Shown here piece after piece: positions 9,494 through 17,820 of a stretch of 20,192 bases of DNA (positions are counted from its first letter, which is position 1; each line of letters opens with the position of its first letter). The notes under the pieces were generated by a model. It ran no database searches and was not told where the DNA came from. It worked only from the letters and a program-made list of their open reading frames with translations. The stretch is from an uncultured bacterium (lineage in GTDB: Bacteria; Schekmanbacteria; GWA2-38-11; J061). Made by a program: the position numbers and the translations under genes. The stretch is from NCBI GenBank assembly GCA_964549305.1, contig CAZJVM010000047.1, positions 1 through 20,192 of the forward strand, read 5' to 3'.

Positions 9494-10165
9494 ATGAAAA
9501 ATCTTATGGGAAACAAAATAGCAGAATATGACTACAACTACAGATACAGGGAAACCAATATTACTCACAGAATAGAGGAGTTTTTAGATGAAGAAAAAAA
9601 TATAAGATTAGTGCTTCTCAAGAAGGAAACAAGCAAGGGAGAATATTTCGTTAAACTCCCATCGAGCATTTGGGTTACCTGCCCCGGTTATCCTCCCCTT
9701 TCAACGGACTCGGCGCTTCAGAACGTTCCCGGAAAAAAACAGACTCTCTTCTTTGCCGGACTCCCGACTGTTCAAAGCTCAGAGCACGTAAGAATATTCG
9801 ACAATTACCTTAAGGAAAGACTGTCGCAATTCGGAATAGATTATGAACAAAGTTCAAAGGAGTTGAAAGAGAGGACTCTCGCGCAGAATCTTAAAATGAC
9901 AGGATTCGTACATTTTAAAAAAGATGTTCTTGACGAAACATTCGCTCCGCAAATTCTCGATATTGTCTGCAAAGCATACGAAGAGGTTTTAAAGTCCGAC
10001 CCCTGCGAATGTCCCGTAAATGAATGGAGGGAACGAATCATAGGCAAACAGGCAATAAACGAATACTATCTTTTCAAGAATGACGGTTTCGACGTTCCTC
10101 TTTCAGGACAGCGCGCGTTTTTCACAATGCTCATGGATGAAAGAGACCTGCCTGAAAGGGAGTGA
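9494..10165 (+). CDS. Hypothetical soluble protein (possible remote HemF/bilin-reductase-like fold)
   Basis: 223-aa ORF with a perfect TAAGGAGGT SD that fills the gap after the EndoQ-like gene. The fold suggestion is by-eye inference only. Confidence 0.8.
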   Translation: MKNLMGNKIAEYDYNYRYRETNITHRIEEFLDEEKNIRLVLLKKETSKGEYFVKLPSSIWVTCPGYPPLSTDSALQNVPGKKQTLFFAGLPTVQSSEHVRIFDNYLKERLSQFGIDYEQSSKELKERTLAQNLKMTGFVHFKKDVLDETFAPQILDIVCKAYEEVLKSDPCECPVNEWRERIIGKQAINEYYLFKNDGFDVPLSGQRAFFTMLMDERDLPERE

Positions 10166-10376
10166 AAAAGAATTTGTAACACGAAAATGTGAAAAAGCGG
10201 TGATACGGTAACAAAATAATATCTTTTAGATGTCTCTTAACGCCGTCATGGGGCATTTTGCCGGAAAAACTATAATACAACAAAAAAACTCAATAATTCT
10301 TTTTATTCCTTGCAATGAGGAAACAATACATTTTAAAATTTAAAAATAAGTCATCTTAAACAAGGAGGGTATTAAG

Positions 10377-10805
10377 ATGCCGGAAAACGGTATAAAGTCT
10401 TCTTCCCGTCCAATTGCCATCACCGTAATAGCCATACTTTTCTGCCTTTGGGGAATTATGGTGCTTACCGACTTTACAGGTATTATGACGCCAAAGATGG
10501 ACGGGAAAGCAGTAAATGTCATACTTGGTTTCAGAATCTTCGGCACTAACGCCAAGATAATGGATGCCATACAGCTTATACTCATTGCCCTGATGATTTT
10601 CGGCCTTTTCAAGATGAAAAAAATATTCGGCTTTTTCATCTCTTTCGCCTATATGGTTTACGCGGTGGTAAGCACCCACTCATGGGCGCTTATGGCAGGA
10701 GATGCCGTTTCAAAACGCGCGAAACTGGGCTATGACATCTTCGGTATAATTGCGGCAGGATTAATCTGTGTGGTTCTTTATGTGAACAGGGAAAAGTTTT
10801 CCTGA
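10377..10805 (+). CDS. Hypothetical membrane protein, about 4 TM helices
   Basis: AAGGAGG SD; N-terminal 'RPIAITVIAIL' followed by four hydrophobic segments. Confidence 0.75.
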   Translation: MPENGIKSSSRPIAITVIAILFCLWGIMVLTDFTGIMTPKMDGKAVNVILGFRIFGTNAKIMDAIQLILIALMIFGLFKMKKIFGFFISFAYMVYAVVSTHSWALMAGDAVSKRAKLGYDIFGIIAAGLICVVLYVNREKFS

Positions 10806-10808
10806 GTT

Positions 10809-12008
10809 TTAACCTTCGGACATCTCGAGGAATCTTTCCGCGTCGAGCGCTGCCATACATCCGCTTCCCGCGGCAGTAACCGCCTGCCTGTATGTATGGT
10901 CCTGTACGTCTCCCGCGGCAAATATCCCTTTCACCGAAGTGTGTGTGCCGTTCTCAGTAATTACATACCCCGCCTTGTCAAGTTCGATTTTCCCCTTCCA
11001 CACGGAGGTATTGGGAATATGTCCGATTGCGATAAAAATACCGTCACATTTAAGCCCGGAGATGGAATCATCTTTTACATTTTTGACTTTAACCGAAGTA
11101 ACTCCGCTCTGTTTGTCTCCCGTAATATCATCAACTACGCAATCCCAGACAAAGCTTATTTTATCATTGCTTTGAGCTTTATCCTGCATAATCTTGCTTG
11201 CCCTTAATTTATCCCTGCGGTGAATAAGATGAACTTTCTTTGCAAACTTAGTAAGCACGAGTGCTTCTTCCAAAGCGGAATCTCCTCCGCCAACTACCGC
11301 AACTTCCTTTTCGCGGTAGAAAAACGCATCGCAGGTGGCGCAGGTTGAAACGCCGTGTCCCATGAGCTCTTTTTCAGACTCAAGCCCGAGAAGACGCGCC
11401 GATGCCCCTGACGCTATTATAACCGCATCCGCTTTGACCGTCGTATCCTCCGCCGTTACCACAAAAGGACCGGAGTTTATGTCGATGTCCGTCATCTCCT
11501 TTGAAAGAAATTCGGCACCAAACCGTTCCGCCTGCTTCCTCATCGTCTCCACAAGGTCAGGGCCCATCACTCCATCGACAAATCCTGGATAATTTTCAAC
11601 CTCGGTAGTGGTCGTAAGCTGTCCTCCGGGCTCTCTTCCCGAAAGCACAAGGGGGTTGAGATTGCCTCGCGCGGCATAAATCGCTGCTGTAAGCCCTGCC
11701 GGACCCGAACCGATAATGAGAAGACGGGTAGACTTCTGCGCGCCTTTTTTACTCTTTATCCCGAGAAGCTTATCCAGTTCGCCTTTCGAGTCGAGAGCGC
11801 TTAAGTCATCAAATCCGCCTATATGCCTGCCATCGATGAAAATCTGGGGAAGAGTGGTTCTTCCGCTCCTTTTTTTCATCTCTTCTTCAAGAGCATCATC
11901 GTTGGTTATATTAAGCTCTTTAAAGGAAACCCCCTTTGCCTTAATCAATTCCTTGGCTTTTTTGCAGTATGGGCAGTCATCAAGAGTATAAATGACTATA
12001 TCAGGCAT
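10809..12008 (-). CDS. trxB: Glutaredoxin (GrxC-like)-thioredoxin-disulfide reductase fusion protein
   Basis: aa 1-83: CPYC, TTLPQIF, GGFDD (classical dithiol Grx). aa ~95-399: IIGSGPAG, GGQL, ENYPG, CATCD, GGGDSALEE, HRRD, FAAGDV, QAVTAAGSG (low-MW TrxR). Continuous frame with a Lys-rich linker. Confidence 0.93.
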   Translation of the reverse strand: MPDIVIYTLDDCPYCKKAKELIKAKGVSFKELNITNDDALEEEMKKRSGRTTLPQIFIDGRHIGGFDDLSALDSKGELDKLLGIKSKKGAQKSTRLLIIGSGPAGLTAAIYAARGNLNPLVLSGREPGGQLTTTTEVENYPGFVDGVMGPDLVETMRKQAERFGAEFLSKEMTDIDINSGPFVVTAEDTTVKADAVIIASGASARLLGLESEKELMGHGVSTCATCDAFFYREKEVAVVGGGDSALEEALVLTKFAKKVHLIHRRDKLRASKIMQDKAQSNDKISFVWDCVVDDITGDKQSGVTSVKVKNVKDDSISGLKCDGIFIAIGHIPNTSVWKGKIELDKAGYVITENGTHTSVKGIFAAGDVQDHTYRQAVTAAGSGCMAALDAERFLEMSEG

Positions 12009-12457
12009 TCTTTTTTTCTCCCTCTCTCATTTTCAATTTTAATTTTAATTTTATCAAGAACTCCGTTGACAAATTTCGAAGACTTCTGCGAACCGAATTT
12101 TTTCGCAACCTCGATGGCTTCATTAATCGTCACGCTAAAGTCTATATCATCAAAATAAAGAAACTCCGCTATTGCAATTCTTATGATATTTTTGTCTATG
12201 GCGGAAAGTCTTTCGATTGTCCAGTTTTTAAGAAATTCTCCGATGAGTGAATCTATTCTTTCGCAATTTTCAAAAACAGTGAAAACGAGTTTCGAGGTAA
12301 ATTCCTTTCCTTTGTTTGAAAATCCCGGAGTAAAACTGTCCCAAAAGTTTCTGAGGTCTTCGGCGATTTTTTCCCGTTCATTGGAAATAGCGGTAAGAGA
12401 CTCATATTTATAGAGAAACTGCAGAGCGTGCTCCCTTGCTTCCCGTCTCAATCCCAT
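11996..12457 (-). CDS. nusB: Transcription antitermination factor NusB
   Basis: RREAREHALQFLY, W..ERLSAIDKNIIR, INEAIEVAKKFG, FVNGVLD; canonical position after ribH. Confidence 0.95.
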   Translation of the reverse strand: MGLRREAREHALQFLYKYESLTAISNEREKIAEDLRNFWDSFTPGFSNKGKEFTSKLVFTVFENCERIDSLIGEFLKNWTIERLSAIDKNIIRIAIAEFLYFDDIDFSVTINEAIEVAKKFGSQKSSKFVNGVLDKIKIKIENERGRKKECLI

Positions 12458-12475
12458 GGAATTTATCTTTCCCCT

Positions 12476-12943
12476 TTATAACTGCTTCAGGAGGTTAGCC
12501 ATCTCTATAGCTGAAAGCGCCGCATCACGTCCTTTGTTTCCAAGCTTTGTCCCCGCGCGCTCGATTGATTGCTCAAGGGAATCCGCCGTAAGTACACCGA
12601 AAGCAACAGGCAATCCGTATTCAAGCTGTGCCTGCGCGAGTCCTTTTGTAACTTCCGCGGCAATATAGTCAAAATGGGGTGTCTGCCCCCTTATAAGAGC
12701 GCCGAGGCATATCACTGCATCATATTTTCCGCTTGCCGCCATTTTCTTTGCAAGCAATGGTATTTCAAAAGAGCCGGGAACTCTTGCCACAAAAATATTT
12801 TGTGATGCCGCGCCGTTTCTCATAAGCGCGTCCATCGCGCCCTGAAGAAGTTTTTCGGTAATGAAGTCGTTGAATCGGCTTACGACAATTCCGAATTTCA
12901 ATCCTGTCGCGTTGAAATTACCTTCATAATAAGTTGCAGTCAT
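12476..12943 (-). CDS. ribH: 6,7-dimethyl-8-ribityllumazine synthase
   Basis: [47 protein letters not shown]. Confidence 0.97.
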   Translation of the reverse strand: MTATYYEGNFNATGLKFGIVVSRFNDFITEKLLQGAMDALMRNGAASQNIFVARVPGSFEIPLLAKKMAASGKYDAVICLGALIRGQTPHFDYIAAEVTKGLAQAQLEYGLPVAFGVLTADSLEQSIERAGTKLGNKGRDAALSAIEMANLLKQL

Positions 12944-12959
12944 AACAATTTCTCCGTTC

Positions 12960-14189
12960 TTATTTTATTTTATTCAATATATGTCCGAGCTTTTCCTGCT
13001 TCGTCTTGAGATATTTCAGGTTGTTTTCCTGAGGAGTCATTTCTATGGGCACTCTTTCAACGACATCGAGTCCGTAACCTTCGATTCCCACGATTTTACG
13101 GGGGTTGTTTGTCATTAGTCTGAGCTTCTTTATTCCAAGGTCGACCAAAATCTGAGCCCCTATTCCGTATTCTCTGAGGTCTGCTTTAAATCCGAGTTTT
13201 TCGTTTGCTTCAACGGTGTCAAATCCCTTGTCCTGAAGCTCATATGCCTTGAGTTTGTTCACCAACCCTATTCCCCTTCCTTCCTGATACAGATAGAGAA
13301 CTACGCCTTTACCTTCGGCATCAACTTTTCTCATTGCCGAATGCAGTTGCTCTCCGCAGTCGCATCTTTGCGAATGAAAAACATCTCCCGTAAGGCACAT
13401 TGAATGTACGCGTACGAGAATATCGCTTCCGTCGCTTACATCGCCCTTGATGAACGCGACATGGGTGTCACTGCCTACAAGACTCTTATACGCAATAGCC
13501 CTGAAAGTACCGTAGGGCGTAGGTATGGTCGTATCCGCTTCCCTCACAACGAGAGATTCTTTCCTGAAGCGATATTCGATCAGGTCCTTGATTGTAACTA
13601 TTTTAAGGCCGTGCTTTTCCGAGAACTTCATTAACTCGGGCATCCTCGCCATTGTGCCGTCATCGTTCATTATTTCACAAATTACGCCTGCCGGAGTCAG
13701 TCCCGATATGCGCGCAAGATCAACTGCGCCTTCAGTCTGCCCGGTGCGCTGAAGCACTCCGCCTTTAGCCGCTCTTAAGGGAAAAATATGTCCGGGACGG
13801 GCAAGATCATCAGAGCACACATCGGGTTTTATTGCCGTGAGCACTGTGGTTGCCCTGTCCTTTGCCGAAATACCGGTGGTTATTCCCTTCTTCGCTTCTA
13901 TGGATACGGTAAAGGCAGTCTGAAAATTGTTTGTATTGTCGGGAACCATAGGAGGCAGTTCAAGTTTGTCGCAATGCCCGGCGGTCATAGGAAGGCATAT
14001 CAAACCCCTGCCGAATTTCGCCATAAAATTTATCGCTTCGGGAGTGACCTTTTCCGCCGCCATTGTGAGGTCGCCTTCATTTTCCCTGTCTTCATCGTCG
14101 CAAAGGATTATCATCTTGCCTTCCCTGATATCATTGACGGCATCTTCTATTGAGTCAAATTTGTAATCTTCTCTCTTCTTTTCATTCAT
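12960..14189 (-). CDS. ribBA: Bifunctional 3,4-dihydroxy-2-butanone-4-phosphate synthase / GTP cyclohydrolase II
   Basis: [43 protein letters not shown]...[17 protein letters not shown]. Start is ATG 14189 or GTG 14198. Confidence 0.96.
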   Translation of the reverse strand: MNEKKREDYKFDSIEDAVNDIREGKMIILCDDEDRENEGDLTMAAEKVTPEAINFMAKFGRGLICLPMTAGHCDKLELPPMVPDNTNNFQTAFTVSIEAKKGITTGISAKDRATTVLTAIKPDVCSDDLARPGHIFPLRAAKGGVLQRTGQTEGAVDLARISGLTPAGVICEIMNDDGTMARMPELMKFSEKHGLKIVTIKDLIEYRFRKESLVVREADTTIPTPYGTFRAIAYKSLVGSDTHVAFIKGDVSDGSDILVRVHSMCLTGDVFHSQRCDCGEQLHSAMRKVDAEGKGVVLYLYQEGRGIGLVNKLKAYELQDKGFDTVEANEKLGFKADLREYGIGAQILVDLGIKKLRLMTNNPRKIVGIEGYGLDVVERVPIEMTPQENNLKYLKTKQEKLGHILNKIK

Positions 14190-14214
14190 AGCATTCACTC
14201 ATCCTTAAAAATGG

Positions 14215-14865
14215 CTAATCCATGAAACCTGCCGTCTTCAGCAAGTCCACGGTTATATTTGATTTGTCTTCATTAATGCCCGTCGCCGAAAGCGCGCGCC
14301 TTACATATTTTCCTATCATATCCGTTTCTATGTTGACCCTGTCACCCTTTCTTTTATATTTCAGAACGGTATTATCAAGAGAATGAGGAATAATGGCAAC
14401 GGAAAAAGCGTTTTCGTAAAGTTCCGCAATGGTCAAACTGATTCCGTCAACAGCGACAGACCCTTTTTTAACCGTCTCATTTATCAATTCACCGGCATCG
14501 ATTGTGAGAATCGCTCCCTTTGCCTGCGAGTCGAATGACTTTATTAATCCCGTGCCGTCAATGTGCCCCGTAACAAAATGCCCTCCCACTCTTCCTCCGA
14601 AATTCATCGCTCTTTCGATATTTACTCTGTCTCCCGGTTTTTTTTCTCGCAGTGTTGTTTTATTCAGAGTTTCAGGCGATATATCCGCCGAAAAACCTTC
14701 ACCGGAAAAAGATTTAACCGTAAGACAAACACCGTCAACGGCAATACTTTCTCCCATATGAAAACCCTCTTGGGAAGGCCTGTAACCTAATGTTATTTCA
14801 GCACCTTCACCTGAAACATTGAGTTTATTTATCCCGCATACTGTCTCTATAATTCCGGTAAACAA
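14215..14865 (-). CDS. ribE: Riboflavin synthase (alpha chain)
   Basis: MFTGII N-terminus, GESIAVDGVCLTV, VNIERA, GGHFVTGHID, KGSVAVDGISLT, VNIETD. TTG start with a GAGGAG SD. Confidence 0.96.
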   Translation of the reverse strand: MFTGIIETVCGINKLNVSGEGAEITLGYRPSQEGFHMGESIAVDGVCLTVKSFSGEGFSADISPETLNKTTLREKKPGDRVNIERAMNFGGRVGGHFVTGHIDGTGLIKSFDSQAKGAILTIDAGELINETVKKGSVAVDGISLTIAELYENAFSVAIIPHSLDNTVLKYKRKGDRVNIETDMIGKYVRRALSATGINEDKSNITVDLLKTAGFMD

Positions 14866-14998
14866 GGGATTTCTCTCCTCGAATGAAGAATGTTGATGAT
14901 AATCTATTTTCTTCTATATAAACTAAATATTTCAGGTAAGTAGTAAAAACAAACCATTACTTTATTTCCGCCCTTTAAATAATAAAGAAACTTCATTT

Positions 14999-15018
14999 TG
15001 TCAATAATTATCATTAAC
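14999..15018 (-). promoter_or_regulatory. Fur-box-like operator overlapping a TTGACA -35 element upstream of ribE
   Basis: Minus strand 15018-15000 reads GTTAATGATAATTATTGAC, 15/19 to the Fur consensus GATAATGATAATCATTATC. TTGACA lies at 15004-14999. The -10 at a 17-nt spacer is weak (TATTTA). Confidence 0.5.
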
Positions 15019-15030
15019 GCGGAAGAAGCG

Positions 15031-15050
15031 AAAAAAGGGTTTCAACCCTT
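15031..15050 (-). terminator. Putative intrinsic terminator downstream of wecB
   Basis: Minus strand AAGGGT-TGAA-ACCCTT followed by TTTT, about 120 nt after the wecB stop and just upstream of the rib promoter region. The stem is short. Confidence 0.4.
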
Positions 15051-15172
15051 GATAACATATTGTTTTTATTTGAAATACAAACGCAAATCAGTAGATATGA
15101 TGGTGTAAATTGATAAGATGCACCGGACAAAACAGAAGAGGGAATTACGCAAAATTAAAGAAGAAGGATATT

Positions 15173-16285
15173 TCAGAGTTTTTCCAAAAGGGATACTATT
15201 CTCGCAGACGCCTTGCCGTCACCGTAAGGATTATGCGCTTTTGACATCCCAAGATAGTACTTTTTATTTTCAAGGAGTTTAAGGGATTCGCTTTCGATTT
15301 TTCTTCTGTCCGTGCCGACGAGTTTCACAGTTCCCGCTTTTACTGCTTCGGGTCTTTCGGTGCGATTTCTCATAACAAGCACCGGTTTCCCCAAACTGGG
15401 CGCTTCTTCCTGAATGCCTCCGGAATCCGTAAGGATGAAATAACTTTTTGTCATCAGATAGACAAATGGAAAATAATCGAGAGGTTTAATAAGCTTTATG
15501 TTGGACACCTTTCCAAGCAGAGACTTTACCGGTTTTTGCACATTGGGATTGAGATGTACGGGATAGACGATTTCAATATTTTCGGCACGGGAAATTTTTT
15601 TCAGAGAGGCACAGATATTTTTGAATCCCTGACCAAAATTTTCTCTTCGATGTCCCGTAACAAGTATTATTCTCTTATCGAAGTCAATACCCTTCAATTC
15701 TTCGGGAACTTTTTTAACCCTTTTTTTAATTATCTCCTTTGTATATAAAAGCGCGTCTATAACAGTATTTCCCGTAACATATATTTTTTTGGGCGAAATT
15801 CCTTCATTTATAAGGTTATCGCGGGATTCCTTTGTTGGCGGAAAATGCAGGGAAGCAATTGACGATGTGAGGCGTCTGTTTATTTCTTCGGGGAATGGTT
15901 GATAAATGTCATTTGTCCTTAATCCCGCCTCTACATGGGCAACAGGTATTTTTTTATAAAACGCCGCCAGCGCCGAAGCGAATGTGGTTGTCGTATCTCC
16001 CTGTACAAGGACAAAATCGGGCTTTTCCTTCCCGAGCACGGAACTTACACTGCTTATGACCCGTCCCGTTATCCCTTCGAGATTCTGGTTGTCGCGCATC
16101 AGATTGAGGTCGTAGTCAGGTTTTATCCTGAAAAGAGAAGTTACCTGGTCAAGCATCTCCCTGTGTTGCGCCGTAACACAGACCTTTACCCTGAATTTTT
16201 TCTTCTTTTCTCTTAATTTAAGAATCAGCGGAGAAAGCTTTATCGCTTCAGGACGGGTACCGAAAATAACTAAAATTTTTTTCAT
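15173..16285 (-). CDS. wecB: UDP-N-acetylglucosamine 2-epimerase (non-hydrolysing)
   Basis: FGTRPEAIK, TAQHREMLDQV, QGDTTT, HVEAGLRT, PFPEEINR, TGNTVID, HRRENFG, TDSGGIQEEAPSLGKP, NPYGDG. Confidence 0.96.
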   Translation of the reverse strand: MKKILVIFGTRPEAIKLSPLILKLREKKKKFRVKVCVTAQHREMLDQVTSLFRIKPDYDLNLMRDNQNLEGITGRVISSVSSVLGKEKPDFVLVQGDTTTTFASALAAFYKKIPVAHVEAGLRTNDIYQPFPEEINRRLTSSIASLHFPPTKESRDNLINEGISPKKIYVTGNTVIDALLYTKEIIKKRVKKVPEELKGIDFDKRIILVTGHRRENFGQGFKNICASLKKISRAENIEIVYPVHLNPNVQKPVKSLLGKVSNIKLIKPLDYFPFVYLMTKSYFILTDSGGIQEEAPSLGKPVLVMRNRTERPEAVKAGTVKLVGTDRRKIESESLKLLENKKYYLGMSKAHNPYGDGKASARIVSLLEKL

Positions 16286-16319
16286 ATTTTAATATGCCGG
16301 ACTTGGCCGTATTAACAAC

Positions 16320-17786
16320 TTACTTATACTGATTAACAATCCTGGTGATGAGGTTTGTAGTGGAAAGCCCTTCGACAACTTTTACAAGCTCTACTCTGCC
16401 TCCGTTTTTTTCCGTAAAATCAGCACCCACAACTTCATTTTTCCTGTAATCTCCTCCTTTTACGAGGATATGAGGCCTGATTTTTTTAATTAACTCCATA
16501 GGAGTATCTTCATCGAAAAAAGTCACGTAATCGACACAGCTTAACGCCGAAAGAAGCTTTGCCCTCTGCTCTTCGCCAATGAGAGGCCTTTTGTTTCCCT
16601 TTAATCTTTTTATGGACGCGTCAGTATTGATGCCCACTATCAAAACATCGCCGAAGGATTTCGCCTGTTGAAGAAGATAAATGTGCCCCATATGAAGGAT
16701 ATCGAAACATCCGTTTGTAAACACTATTTTCTTCCCTTTTCTTCGAAGCTTCATCACTGAGCTTTCAATGTGCGGTTCTTCAATAATACCTGCGCCGATG
16801 CCCTCACCGTCTAAACGGGACAATATTTCATTTACGGTAACAACTGCAGTGCCGACTTTTTCAACAACGATACCGCCTGAAGTATTGGAAATCATCGCGG
16901 AAACATCGGGAGAAAGTCCGCTGAAAAGGGAAAAAGAAAATGTCGCTATGACTGTGTCGCCGGCGCCCGAAACATCATAAACCTCAAGGGCACACGACTT
17001 GAAATTGACTTTTTTCCCATTCTTTATCAAAAGAGTCATTCCGTCGCTTCCGCGGGTTACAAGCATTCCCCCGCATTTTATTTTTTTAATTGAAGCAGAA
17101 ATGGCGGCAGTTATCTTTTTTTCGCTGTCACATTTCACGCCTGAAGATTCTTCAAGCTCTTTCAGGTTTGGAGTGACTATGTGCGCGCCTCTGTATTTTG
17201 TGTAATCCCTCCCCTTGGGGTCCACAATGACTTTTTTACCCAACGAATTTGCAAGCTTTATTATCTTCTGAGCTGTCTCTTCATCGAGAGTACCTTTGTT
17301 ATAATCGGAGAGGATAACGCCGTCAGCGTTCTTGATATTTTTTCTTATAGCTGAAAACATCTTTTTTTTCTGAGCAGAATCAAAGGGAGTATCCGATTCC
17401 TCATCGACGCGCAAAATCTGCTGGTTGTGAGCTATCACGCGGGTTTTTGTAATTGTCGCCACATCTTTCGAACTAATAAGCGATGACAGCTTTATGCCTT
17501 GTTTTTTAAGAAGGTCTCTAAGAATTCGTCCCTTTATATCGTTTCCTATAATGCCTGCCACCGACACAACTGCGCCCAGTGAGGCAAGGTTATTCACTAC
17601 ATTTGCCGCGCCGCCAGGCACAGACTCTTTTTTCTTCACCTTTACCACCTGCACCGGCGCTTCGGGTGAAACCCTTTCGACACTGCCCCAGATATATTCA
17701 TCGAGCATCATATCGCCCACAACAAGAATTCTCGGTTTTCTTCTGCCTCTAAGCTTTTTCTTTACCGAGTCAATGTCTATTCTCAT
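16320..17786 (-). CDS. hldE: Bifunctional heptose-7-phosphate kinase / heptose-1-phosphate adenylyltransferase
   Basis: VGDMMLDEY, RVSPEAPVQV, GGAANV, LSDYNKG, VDPKG, TPNLKE, DVSGAGDTV (PfkB-like); FTNGCFDILHMGH, KGGDY, GLSTT (cytidylyltransferase-like). Confidence 0.95.
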   Translation of the reverse strand: MRIDIDSVKKKLRGRRKPRILVVGDMMLDEYIWGSVERVSPEAPVQVVKVKKKESVPGGAANVVNNLASLGAVVSVAGIIGNDIKGRILRDLLKKQGIKLSSLISSKDVATITKTRVIAHNQQILRVDEESDTPFDSAQKKKMFSAIRKNIKNADGVILSDYNKGTLDEETAQKIIKLANSLGKKVIVDPKGRDYTKYRGAHIVTPNLKELEESSGVKCDSEKKITAAISASIKKIKCGGMLVTRGSDGMTLLIKNGKKVNFKSCALEVYDVSGAGDTVIATFSFSLFSGLSPDVSAMISNTSGGIVVEKVGTAVVTVNEILSRLDGEGIGAGIIEEPHIESSVMKLRRKGKKIVFTNGCFDILHMGHIYLLQQAKSFGDVLIVGINTDASIKRLKGNKRPLIGEEQRAKLLSALSCVDYVTFFDEDTPMELIKKIRPHILVKGGDYRKNEVVGADFTEKNGGRVELVKVVEGLSTTNLITRIVNQYK

Positions 17787-17820
17787 TTATAGAATCCTTC
17801 TCTTTTTATCTTTGTGTGAA

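Noticed and set aside
10163-10165. Selenocysteine or readthrough at TGA stops (orphan, 4-TM protein, lon, wecB)
   Set aside because: The TGA codons fall at natural C-termini, not in redox motifs, with no evident SECIS hairpin; both Grx-TrxR active sites use Cys codons.
10183-10196. 14-bp sequence GAAAATGTGAAAAA repeated at 18855-18868
   Set aside because: Low-complexity and A-rich, only two copies, in opposite orientation relative to the adjacent gene ends; plausibly chance.
14866-15172. FMN (RFN) riboswitch upstream of ribE
   Set aside because: None of the conserved RFN blocks are present on the minus strand, and the region is too AT-rich.
16289-16315. Imperfect hairpin in the hldE-wecB gap
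   Set aside because: Mostly A-U pairs with a mismatch and bulge on the coding strand and no U-tract; too weak to call a terminator or regulator.
16350-16380. HldE variant able to make CDP-/UDP-heptose (Arg just before the STT motif)
   Set aside because: The motif reads VVEGLSTT with Leu at that position, consistent with an ordinary ADP-heptose enzyme. The motif definition is from memory.
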